Shown here: one piece after another, positions 1-14,692 of the stretch
Layout: each line of letters begins with the position of its first letter
Numbering within the stretch: the stretch's first letter is position 1
Origin: Anaerohalosphaeraceae bacterium
Lineage (GTDB): Bacteria > Planctomycetota > Phycisphaerae > Sedimentisphaerales > Anaerohalosphaeraceae
Assembly: GCA_963675525.2 (NCBI GenBank)
Contig: CAXXSL010000019.1
Coordinates: 96,001 to 160,000, forward strand
Direction: 5' to 3'
DNA: 64,000 nucleotides
Program-made: the position numbers and the translations under genes
The notes under the pieces: generated by a model
What the model was told of the DNA's origin: nothing
The model's database searches: none
Seen by the model: only the letters and a program-made list of their open reading frames with translations

Positions 1-14
1 AATTATAGCCGCCA

Positions 15-842
15 TCATGGCCGTTTTTTTTGTGTCTTAAAGGTTTTCGGAAGCCATACGCCGTTGACCTCTTGAAATTCTAACACTTCATAAAGGTGAT
101 TCATTAGCACATCTTTTCCAAGGAATTGGCGATTAACAAAGTCTCCTGTCTTACGCTGGGACCGGAGGCGCGCAAGGTTGAAACCGTGAACAGGATCGAT
201 CCAGGCCCTGTATGTTCCCCGTTGTGGAACCTCGGCTTCGACCGCGTAGCAATCTACTCCGTTGACCTTGCTTCGTTTATCAAGCAATTTCACGTTTGCA
301 TCGGCTCGTAAAAACATTGTCCCAATATCCTGATCATTACCAAACACATATCCCTGTGCAGGTGAGATCATGGTTCGTGTATAAGTTTTTTTAACATAAT
401 CTGCGTAAGTATCTCCTTCTTTGTGTATCTGTACACTTCCGGGATATTTGGCGGTTTGTCGGTTTTTTGGAGCAAGGCTAAGCTCATATCCGGCTTCTCC
501 ATCCCACAACACACTCTGGTAGAATGCATTTTCCTTAGCTACACCCCGATCACTGCCCACATCTCCCCAGGTCATCACGCTTTCCTTGACACGATTACCG
601 TCAAATCGAACATCAGAATGGCTGCACATCGTTCCTCGTCCATTATAAGGGGCGATACCGGTATAGACAAAGGTGGATGTTGTATTCGATTTTATGATAT
701 AGGACTTTAATTTATTTTGTGATTCTACAAATTTCAACATGACCTGGCGTGCATTGACAGGGGCAGATATATCTTCCGCCAATGCAGTAATTTGAAAAAT
801 AAGCAGACAAGTGACAAACCAAAAAGTGTGTTTTTTAGCCAT
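15..842 (-). CDS. Secreted hypothetical protein (beta-rich); C-terminus possibly truncated by an indel in an A8 run
   Basis: 275-aa ORF with N-terminal signal peptide (MAKKHTFWFVTCLLIFQITALA) and GAGG RBS; last gene of the minus-strand unit; the stop follows two codons after an 8-base homopolymer. Confidence 0.7.
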   Translation of the reverse strand: MAKKHTFWFVTCLLIFQITALAEDISAPVNARQVMLKFVESQNKLKSYIIKSNTTSTFVYTGIAPYNGRGTMCSHSDVRFDGNRVKESVMTWGDVGSDRGVAKENAFYQSVLWDGEAGYELSLAPKNRQTAKYPGSVQIHKEGDTYADYVKKTYTRTMISPAQGYVFGNDQDIGTMFLRADANVKLLDKRSKVNGVDCYAVEAEVPQRGTYRAWIDPVHGFNLARLRSQRKTGDFVNRQFLGKDVLMNHLYEVLEFQEVNGVWLPKTFKTQKKRP

Positions 843-860
843 TGCCAGGCCCTCATTTTC

Positions 861-2319
861 TTATTTCGGCGTCTCCATTTGTTCTTTGATTTGATTCATA
901 ACGTTTCGATTGATTGGGTAGAAGATCAGAATCGGCAACGCCAGTATCATCATAGCCGGTCCTGTCGTAAATGTAATCATTGCAACGTTACGAGCGGCCT
1001 CTTCTGCCTGGATTTCCTGACCGGAAATGTATCCAGCCCAACCCATCAAGAGGCCATTAATGGCCATTCCCATCGCCATGGCAAACTTGAGTATAAAGCT
1101 GAATACGGCCGAATAGCTGCCGTCTTTCAGGGACGCCGGTCTTAAGCAGATTAATTTCAGAAATATCGGCAATCATCGAAGTGGCCAGCGGAATCAACAT
1201 ACCACATCCTCCCCACCACAGACCCTGGAAGATACCAAACGTCACAACGGAGATGGGGATATTTAACGCGCCCATTTGCCAGTAGGCCTCCGGTTTCAGC
1301 AGTCTGCTCAGGAAGATAATCCAGAGCATGACATTGCCAAAGATACAGAAAAAGACGCCGACGTAGCCAGCTTGCTTTTTGTCATATTTGCGAACGAGCC
1401 AGGCCTGAAACAAAGCTCCCAGTGCAAAGGCCACCATGGTGCCTCCATGAACGCAGGTTTTCTGCATCGCCGTAAATTTCATAAAGTCAACATACGTGAA
1501 CATTTGAGCCTGGCCTACCAGCTGCATGCCCAATTGAGCAATTCCGATAAATGCAAAAACATACAGAGCGTTCTTATCCGATATCGTATAACGAAAATCT
1601 ATCAAGAAAGATTTGAGATTATTGTGGGTTTCCACCTTCCTGGTGTCTGCGGCATATCGGCGTGTAAAATAAAGACAGTATCCTATTGTGAGTACTATCA
1701 TTATTGTCAGAATAATACTCATGTTGAAGTAATTGGAAGCGATATTGGTTCCATCCAGAAAACTACCGTCGGCATTGGTCCCATCCCGGAAGAACAGGGT
1801 CCATGCCATTGCGCCAAAAAAGAAATTGACAGCCATATTGACAACGTAACGGACACTTTGCAACTTGGATCGGCCTTCGTATTCGGTACAGATTTCAAAT
1901 CCGAGGGCGGTATAGGGCACCAGGAAAACGGTCAAAGCAGTTCGAAAAATCAGGTTCATCACCACCACGTACCCAAACAGATAGGTCGGTTCTTTGAAAA
2001 AATCAGGTACAAACCACAGGAAAAAGAAAGAGATCGCCAGAGCTAATCCGCCTAACAACATATAAGGGTGCCGTCGGCCGAAACGGCTGCGGGTATTGTC
2101 GGTAATATGCCCCATGATGGGATCAGAAATGGCATCCCAGAACAATGTCACACCTAATGCCAGTCCGGCAATTTCTGTTTTCATCCCCAGCACTTTAGCA
2201 TAGTACAGCATGGCAAAATTGGCGATTCCGTTCATAGCAATCGAGGTGGCGCCTTCGCCGATGGAATAATTGATAATGTCCCGTAAGGGGGTGGCCGATT
2301 GGGTCTTTTTCGATAACAT
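861..2319 (-). pseudogene. GPH (MelB/UidB-like) MFS sugar:cation symporter, frameshifted
   Basis: ORF 1057..2319 has WDAISDPIMGHITDNTRSRFGRRHPY and SMIADISE; ORF 861..1172 continues GSYSAVFSFILK. Removing one base of GGG 1130-1132 gives KTGVLKDGSYSAVF and a 485-aa protein. Could be a sequencing error. Confidence 0.85.
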
Positions 2320-2348
2320 GTCCTGTACCCTTCCTTGTTATGTCATGG

Positions 2349-7716
<5,368 letters not shown>

Positions 7717-10461
7717 TTACCCTTTAATGAGTGCTTGAAAAATACTCTTAAATTTATAACTACCCGAAGGGACATCAAAGACGGCGAATTGTTCCTGGCG
7801 TCCAAGACTCTTAATTCCTTCGATTTTTTCAACAGGCGTGCCGCCTTCTTCTATCGGCGTATCCGGATCACTTGGGATATAAGCCCGGGCTGTCGTATTC
7901 GCAGGAATCGTAATCTCATATGTCAGTGTGTTCGCCTGTCGCTGCCAGCGGCTTTTGATTGTTCCATGCATTGAGTTATACGCCGCCCCGGCGTGGCTTA
8001 GCCCGCCGCCGGGATAGGGCCGTAGCAGGAATTTTTTAAATCCGTTCACCTGCGAATCCAATTCAATGCCTGCTGCACAGCGATAAAGCCATTCACCGAC
8101 GGAGCCCAGCGAGTAGTGGTTGAAGGAATTCATTTGCGGATTGAAAAATCCCTCCTCTTCGGTCCATCCGTTCCAGCGTTCCCAGATGGTGGTTGCTCCG
8201 TGAAGCACCGGATAGAGCCATGAAGGATAATCTTCATTCAGCAGCAACCGCCACGCCACATCCGGTTGCCCCACAGCGGTGAGCGTCGGGTTTAAATGGC
8301 TGATGCCGATGAATCCAGTGCTTAAATGCCAATTGAGCTTCTTGATATTTTCAATGAGGTGTGCGGCGGTACGTTTCCGGTCCTTTTCCGGAAGCAGATT
8401 AAACGCAAGGGCCAGGAGATAGGCGGTTTGGGTATCGACGGTCAGTTTACCATCGTCCAAAAGGAATTCTTTTTGAAAAGCCTGACGGACCTGTTCGGAC
8501 ATGGCTTGAAAACGTTGGGCGTCCTGATTTTGTCCGATTGCTTCTGCCATGCGGGCCAGTTTTGCGGCGTCGTCGGCCCAATAAGCTGTCGCCAACAGGG
8601 TTTTCATGGGCGATTGTGTCCGGAAGGTTGTGTCGGAGGGGATACAAAGCCAATCGCCATAGTTGTTGCCGAGTTTACGACTGCGGAGATTGTTGGGATT
8701 TGTCTGTTGAATATATTCCAGCCAATTGACCATGGCTTGATAGTGCCGTTCAATAATGCGTGTATCGCCATAAACGCGCCAGAGTGTCCAGGGGATGATC
8801 ACCCCGGCATCCGCCCAGCCAGCGGCTCCGCCCAGACCGTCCAGACCGACGAAGTTGGTGTCTTCTCGCAGGCGCGGGGCCGTATCCGGAAAGATGCCTT
8901 CGGGGGTTTGTGCGTCCTCCACATCCACCATCCATTTGGTAAAGAACGCCGCGACATCCATATTGTAAGTTGCCGTACGGGAAAACACCTGCGCATCACC
9001 TGTCCAGCCCAGTCGCTCGTCGCGCTGCGGACAGTCGGTGGGTACGCTCAGAAAGTTGTCCTTCTGACTCCAGAGGCCATTGAGCCAAAGCCGGTTGATG
9101 TGCGGGTGCGAACAGTCAAATTGACCGGCCGGTGGTGTTGCCGAATGAATTACACAGCCGGTAACTGTGCAGGCTGGAGGCAACGTGTCAAGACCGGTCA
9201 GTTCAACGTATTGGAATCCGTGAAAGGTAAAGCGAGGCTGCCAGGTTTCCTCGCCCTGACCATTTAAGATGTATGTGTCGGTTGCTTTGGCCCGGCGCAG
9301 ATTTTCGGTATAGAGCGTCCCGTCCGGGTTTAATCGTTCTCCGTGTCGCAGTGTGATGCGAGTGCCGGCGGGACCGCTGATTTTTAATTTGACCCAGCCG
9401 GTGATGTTTTGTCCGAGATCATAGATATAGATGCCGGGGGCACTTTCGTGGACAGAAACAGGGTCTATCGTTTCAATGATTTGAACCGGTTCTGATCGCT
9501 GGGCGACCAAAGGGATATTCGGGACTGTTGCGGTGCGGACATTTAGCCACTCCTTGTCATCATAGTCCGGCTGGTCCCAGCCAAAAAGTTCATAGCGGGC
9601 GTCATATGTTTCGCCCATCATAAAATCCGACGCCAGGATCGGGCCGGCGGCGCAACGCCAGGAGTTATCACTGGTTATTATCTGCCTGGTTCCATCGGCC
9701 AATTCGATCTCCAATTGCACAAGTAGGCTGTTTTCAAGCCCATAGCGTCCTCGCGTTTCCTGCCAGCCGACATAGCCGCTGTACCAGCCATCGCCCAGGA
9801 CAGCACCCAGTGCATTTTTGCCTGCTTTGACGATGCTGGTTACATCGTAGGTACGGAAATGGATTCGCTTGTCATAATCGGTCCATTCCGGCGCAAAGAT
9901 GTCATTGCCGATGCGCTGGCCATTCATATGCAGTTCAAATAAGCCGCGAGCGCTTGCGTATAAAGTTGCTTTTCGGATTGCGTCATTCGCGGTAAAGATT
10001 TTGCGAAACCATGGCGGGGTTCCCGGCTCGGTGATTGTGGGTTTTATAGCGTGTTCGGCGTGATTCAAGTAATCAGGATCTGCGGCGATCCAATTGGCTT
10101 GCCAGTCCTTATCTTCCAGCAGACCCATCGTCCAGAATGCCGGTTCAGATAGAATGGAGGTTCCCTGATTATCCCAGATCTGCACCTGCCAATGGCAAGC
10201 CTGTCGGGACGTCAAAGGTGTTCCTTTATAGACAATGTGTACTGAGCGATCCTCTTCAATGCGTCCACTATCCCATAAATCAGCTTTACCTGCGGCAAGA
10301 AGTTGTGCGGAAGAGGCTACAAGCACACGCCGGGCAGACTGATATGTGCCCCGGCGGTCTGATTCAAGGATCCAGTTTAATCGGGGTTTTCTTTCGTCTA
10401 CCCCTAATGGATTGACCAGGTATTCACAGCGTAACCGTGTTACTTTTGTTACTGTACTCAA
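7717..10461 (-). CDS. GH78 alpha-L-rhamnosidase, no signal peptide
   Basis: LRCEYLVNPLGVD, PTDCPQRDERLGWTGD, GATTIWERWN, MNSFNHY; TTG start with GGAG RBS. Confidence 0.95.
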   Translation of the reverse strand: MSTVTKVTRLRCEYLVNPLGVDERKPRLNWILESDRRGTYQSARRVLVASSAQLLAAGKADLWDSGRIEEDRSVHIVYKGTPLTSRQACHWQVQIWDNQGTSILSEPAFWTMGLLEDKDWQANWIAADPDYLNHAEHAIKPTITEPGTPPWFRKIFTANDAIRKATLYASARGLFELHMNGQRIGNDIFAPEWTDYDKRIHFRTYDVTSIVKAGKNALGAVLGDGWYSGYVGWQETRGRYGLENSLLVQLEIELADGTRQIITSDNSWRCAAGPILASDFMMGETYDARYELFGWDQPDYDDKEWLNVRTATVPNIPLVAQRSEPVQIIETIDPVSVHESAPGIYIYDLGQNITGWVKLKISGPAGTRITLRHGERLNPDGTLYTENLRRAKATDTYILNGQGEETWQPRFTFHGFQYVELTGLDTLPPACTVTGCVIHSATPPAGQFDCSHPHINRLWLNGLWSQKDNFLSVPTDCPQRDERLGWTGDAQVFSRTATYNMDVAAFFTKWMVDVEDAQTPEGIFPDTAPRLREDTNFVGLDGLGGAAGWADAGVIIPWTLWRVYGDTRIIERHYQAMVNWLEYIQQTNPNNLRSRKLGNNYGDWLCIPSDTTFRTQSPMKTLLATAYWADDAAKLARMAEAIGQNQDAQRFQAMSEQVRQAFQKEFLLDDGKLTVDTQTAYLLALAFNLLPEKDRKRTAAHLIENIKKLNWHLSTGFIGISHLNPTLTAVGQPDVAWRLLLNEDYPSWLYPVLHGATTIWERWNGWTEEEGFFNPQMNSFNHYSLGSVGEWLYRCAAGIELDSQVNGFKKFLLRPYPGGGLSHAGAAYNSMHGTIKSRWQRQANTLTYEITIPANTTARAYIPSDPDTPIEEGGTPVEKIEGIKSLGRQEQFAVFDVPSGSYKFKSIFQALIKG

Positions 10462-11239
10462 ATTTACTCCTTATATATCTATATCAGATTCATGGCTCCT
10501 TCCCAATCCAGAAAATAGCTGTGACCAACCACCTTAGCACCCCAACACTCTAAAGTCCATTATATCTTACAAAAATGAAAGATTCACGCCTGTATTTTGG
10601 AAAAAATCGCCGCATCCTTAGAATTGCAGTTGTACTACAGGTAGGTTACTATATAAACAACTCCTCCCACGGCCGCCTGTTGTAGAGGCATCCGAATATG
10701 ATAAACGTTTTTGTACACTCATTAAACTTCTCCTTATCACTTTCGGATTTATGATTATTCGTATTCGAATGCAAAAGGTCCATTTTCTATAAGGCTCTTT
10801 ATTATTGGCAATCTTGTTATGCCTACTTGAAGAAAGAATTCATGTGATTGGTTTCTTTTATTCAGTTGTCCCCAAAAGATAAGTCGGGATTTGTACCTAA
10901 ATCTCTACTGCTTATACAAAAGCAGATTTGGATTTTGCAGTAGAAAATTTCAAAAAATTGGTCAGGAACCGAGGATTTGCTTACATTGAAGATAAAATAA
11001 GTTTTTTATCCGTTGTCATTACATTTCGCGAAACTGCTTTATTTATTGCGCAAATTCTTCTTTTCTGGGCCATTTAAAGAGGTGTATCTAAGAATATGAC
11101 AAGTTATTTCTTTTATATGGGAAGATTTAGTTGTTATTTTACTCTATAATAGCGTAGTGTGATTGTGTATTTTTAAAAGGAAGTATTGTACGAGGCGGGA
11201 TTGATTGTCTCTATAAATGAAATGGTTGAAAAATATCAT

Positions 11240-11265
11240 GAGGAAATACTGAGAGGAAATACTGA
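11240..11265 (+). repeat. Perfect 13-bp tandem duplication GAGGAAATACTGA x2 containing the RBS
   Basis: Copies at 11240-11252 and 11253-11265, directly before ATG 11267. Confidence 0.85.
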
Positions 11266-11266
11266 C

Positions 11267-12166
11267 ATGTATTGTACTTTGAATTCTGGTTCCCCAAAAA
11301 CACGCTCGTTGAAAACGAAGGCCTTTACACTTATTGAATTGTTAGTCGTGATCGCGATCATTGCGTTGCTGATGGCCGTTATCATCCCTGCGCTAAAGTT
11401 GGCCAAGCAAAAGGGTGCATCAGCGGTCTGTTTGGCAAATGTCAAACAGCTTACAGCGTGTTGGTATATGTATCAGGGTGACCACGATGGCGAGATCGTG
11501 AGTTCAAATCCGAGTGAAGCTGACGGATGGGTTAAGCACCCGTTTCAGGAGAGTGCAGGCCCTGGAAACCCGTTAGATCCCGAGTCGGAGTTTCCCGTGG
11601 TGACAGATGAAGATGAACAACGGGGGATCCGGGCAGGTCTGCTTTATCCCTATATTGATGCCGTGGATGTGTTCCATTGTCCGGGTGATAATATTCGAAC
11701 AAGTAAAAAGGATCACAGTAAAATATTTCGAAGCTATGCTATGCCAACGTGCTTAAAACGAAGTTTCATAAAGAAGGTCAGCGGCATTAAGATACCGGGA
11801 ATGCGATATTGTTTCGTAGAAGAAGCGGATGGCCGAAATTATAACGTCGGGCCGTGGGATTTCTATGCTCCCAATGATCCGGCCAACTCCCTGACCGGGC
11901 CAGCTCCAGAATGGCGAGATCCGATAGCCATCAACCATGGCACTAGCGGGATTTTGGGTTTCTGCGATGGGCACGCGGAGTCCCATAAATGGGTCGATTC
12001 AAATACATTCAAAAGACTTGAATATTATTATGAGAAATATAGTGGAACGAACTACGGCATAGGTGGCCTTACTAGTGCATTCAATGCTTCAGAGTTTTAC
12101 GTATGGGGTCAGACTACGGATTTAGATTACATGGGGCAGGGTTGGGCCTATCGTTTTGGACCTTAA
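11267..12166 (+). CDS. Prepilin-type N-terminal cleavage/methylation domain protein with H-X9-DG motif (PVC pilin-like / DUF1559-like)
   Basis: KAFTLIELLVVIAIIALLMAVIIPAL, C..N.KQ, FHCPGD and NHGTSGILGFCDGH (H-X9-DG); ATG 11267 preferred over the track start 11186 because of the GAGG RBS. Confidence 0.9.
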   Translation: MYCTLNSGSPKTRSLKTKAFTLIELLVVIAIIALLMAVIIPALKLAKQKGASAVCLANVKQLTACWYMYQGDHDGEIVSSNPSEADGWVKHPFQESAGPGNPLDPESEFPVVTDEDEQRGIRAGLLYPYIDAVDVFHCPGDNIRTSKKDHSKIFRSYAMPTCLKRSFIKKVSGIKIPGMRYCFVEEADGRNYNVGPWDFYAPNDPANSLTGPAPEWRDPIAINHGTSGILGFCDGHAESHKWVDSNTFKRLEYYYEKYSGTNYGIGGLTSAFNASEFYVWGQTTDLDYMGQGWAYRFGP

Positions 12167-12590
12167 TCATAAACGGTATTGGAGTGCGTTGCGGCATAAT
12201 TTGTTATAGGGTTTAAGGATTTCTCCTGCAAATAACCTTTGAGGACTGTCGTTCGTTTCCAGTCATTAACTCCACAGAAAACACCAAAGAAGAGGGGGCT
12301 TGCAGGAAAAGTTAGCAGGTATTTTATGTGATATCACCATGGAGATTGAGATATGAAGGGCGGAATCTGGAGAAACAATCTCAATCGATCTGAGCCATAT
12401 ACAGAATAACTTCATCGTTTCCTCTATCGACCTGAAAACCCGCCGAGGCGTTTCTTTCCTGTGACCGGCTTATCAACGGAGACGAAAAAAAGAAATTCCG
12501 TTGCCAGAAACACCTTGCTTATTGTGGCTCAGACGCAATAATAACAATTAAAGGATCGAAGAATAGATTTCATGCATAGGAGGCATTTGG

Positions 12591-14162
12591 ATGAAGAAGT
12601 ATGGATTGTTCGTACTATTCGCCATGCTGTTTAGCAGTCTGTGTTTCGCACAGGTCGACAGCGTCGAAAAATGGGGCATTTATGAACTGTCGTTGCCCGG
12701 GCCCACCGCGGGGAATCCATTCATCGGGGTTCAATTCAGTGCGGTTTTTAAAAACGGCGATCAATCATTCGAGCCGGAAGGATTTTACGACGGCAAGGCC
12801 ATCTTTAAAATTCGCTTTATGCCCAATGCCGAAGGCACCTGGACCTATCAAACAAAAAGCAATTGCGACGCCTTGAACAACAAAGAAGGGCAGTTTACCT
12901 GTGTGGCTCCATCGTCAAATAATCACGGTCCCGTTCGCGTGAGAAATCAGTATCATTTTGCATATGAAGACCGGACCCCGTTTTTTCCGTTTGGCACGAC
13001 CCTCTATGAATGGCCATTCCAATCCGCTGAAATGCAGCAACAGACGATTGAGACCCTGAAAACCGCGCCTTTCAACAAAGTTCGTTTTCTGGTCATACCG
13101 CCTTGGCAGAAGTATTATATTGAAGGGCCGCGAACTCTGGATTGTTTTCCTTTCGAGGGGACCTCAAAAGAAAACTGGGATTTTTCCCGCTTTAATCCCG
13201 AGTTTTTTCAACGATTAGAGCTTTGTGTCACAGAGTTGGAAAAAATCGGCGTTCAGGCGGAACTTATTCTTTTCCGCCCTTACGATGGCGGCAAGTGGGG
13301 GTTTGATACAATGGATGCGGCAACCAACGACCGCTATTTGCACTATGCGGTTGCTCGCTTTGCCGCGTATCGGAATGTGTGGTGGAGCCTTGCCAATGAG
13401 AACAGCTTTATTGAACACCTGACGGATGCTGACTGGGATCATTTTTTCCAGGTGGTGCAGCACTGCGACCCGTATAGCCACTTGCGTTCTATCCATAATG
13501 CCGGCCGGATTTATGACCATACCAAGCCCTGGGTCACACATGTCAGCCTGCAGTATTACATGGCCGTACGTTTTTTCGGCACATCCCCGCTCCTGCGGGA
13601 CATTTATGAAAAACCGATTATCCATGATGAAATTAACTATGAAGGCAACCACAAGAGTCGCTGGGGACAGCTATCCGCCGAAGAGATGGTCTACCGATTC
13701 TGGATCACCTACATCGGCGGTGCCTACGCGACACACGGAGAAACGATTCAGCGTCCGCAAAACGCAGACTGGATATCCTTTGGGGGTGACCTGCAGGGCA
13801 AAAGCCCTCAGCGCATCGCGTTCCTGAAGAAGATCGTGACAAGCGGTCCCCCGGAGGGACTCGATCCAATTGATCAATATTATGAAACCAATATAGCCGG
13901 TCAATGCGGCAAATATTACCTGATTTACTTCGGCAAGGACCCGGTAAAGGAATGGGAATTTCGTCTGCCTCAAAAAGGTCTTGAACCGGACATGCGGTTC
14001 CGTGTCGATAGGATTGACACATGGAATATGACAATAACCCCGCTGGAAAAAATTATTGAAATAGAAAAGCTTAACCGTTATACCTATATTGACAAAAAGA
14101 AGTCGACGATTACGATGCCCGGCAAACCGTATATGGCTCTGAGAATCCAACTTGTCAAGTAA
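12591..14162 (+). CDS. DUF5060-DUF4038 (GH140/apiosidase-like TIM barrel)-DUF5605 protein, secreted
   Basis: VEKWGIYEL..GPTAGNPF, GFYDG..FKIRFMP, NVWWSLANE, PIIHDEINYEG, IDTWNMTI, PGKPYMALR; signal peptide; AGGAGG RBS. Confidence 0.8.
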   Translation: MKKYGLFVLFAMLFSSLCFAQVDSVEKWGIYELSLPGPTAGNPFIGVQFSAVFKNGDQSFEPEGFYDGKAIFKIRFMPNAEGTWTYQTKSNCDALNNKEGQFTCVAPSSNNHGPVRVRNQYHFAYEDRTPFFPFGTTLYEWPFQSAEMQQQTIETLKTAPFNKVRFLVIPPWQKYYIEGPRTLDCFPFEGTSKENWDFSRFNPEFFQRLELCVTELEKIGVQAELILFRPYDGGKWGFDTMDAATNDRYLHYAVARFAAYRNVWWSLANENSFIEHLTDADWDHFFQVVQHCDPYSHLRSIHNAGRIYDHTKPWVTHVSLQYYMAVRFFGTSPLLRDIYEKPIIHDEINYEGNHKSRWGQLSAEEMVYRFWITYIGGAYATHGETIQRPQNADWISFGGDLQGKSPQRIAFLKKIVTSGPPEGLDPIDQYYETNIAGQCGKYYLIYFGKDPVKEWEFRLPQKGLEPDMRFRVDRIDTWNMTITPLEKIIEIEKLNRYTYIDKKKSTITMPGKPYMALRIQLVK

Positions 14163-14203
14163 CGTCGTTGTCTATCACCCTGAACAGAAAGGATTGTCCT
14201 GAA

Positions 14204-14498
14204 ATGTTGCTATAAATCAGTTATTGTTCGATGCTTTTTTGCGTTGGGTTTTGCTGTGGGGCTTTTTGCAGCAGTTGGTGATGAGGAGAAATCTGTCTAT
14301 TTCGTGCTGGATGTGACCATTCCAGTAAATACAACTGTAAGTGTGTATATTCCGGCTGTAAAACAGTCCGATGTGATGGAAGGACCAAGTCGTGCTGTTG
14401 ACTCAGAGTGGATTTGCTTTGATCGCATGGAAGCAGGCAGGGCTGTGTTTAAAGTCAAATCCGGTTCTTACAAATTCAGAGTGCCCTATGATTCATAA
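14204..14498 (+). pseudogene. Relic of a secreted GH78 rhamnosidase (decayed signal peptide joined to the C-terminal domain)
   Basis: LDVTIPVNTTVSVYIP...AVFKVKSGSYKF aligns by eye with the C-terminus of the intact GH78 (YEITIPANTTARAYIP...AVFDVPSGSYKF); AAAGGA RBS and ATG 14204 followed by a premature TAA. Confidence 0.65.
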
Positions 14499-14692
14499 AT
14501 CTTTAAGAACAAGATCAATAAACATGCATAACCGCTCAACACAAAATGTAAACTCTGTACACCGCTCATATGTCCTGCATGCCGCCGTTCATATCGTTAT
14601 GATATGTTCATTAAGTGCGTGTTGTTTTTGCGAGACGTCTGTGCGAGGGAAACACATTCTCTTAATAATGGCTGGATGACGGAAACTCAAAT

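Noticed and set aside
1276..2046. 256-aa + strand ORF
   Set aside because: Antisense shadow of the MFS transporter; no motif
8326..9267. 313-aa + strand ORF
   Set aside because: Lies wholly antisense to the GH78 catalytic domain; a codon-bias shadow
10862..10899. Shared ACAAA-N15/17-GGGACA motif here and at about 36153-36184 (minus strand) as an ECF promoter
   Set aside because: Only two instances with unequal spacing, and the second overlaps a likely RBS; not supportable by eye
11267..12166. Calling the pilin-like genes a type II secretion or type IV pilus operon
   Set aside because: No secretin, ATPase, platform protein or prepilin peptidase in the window
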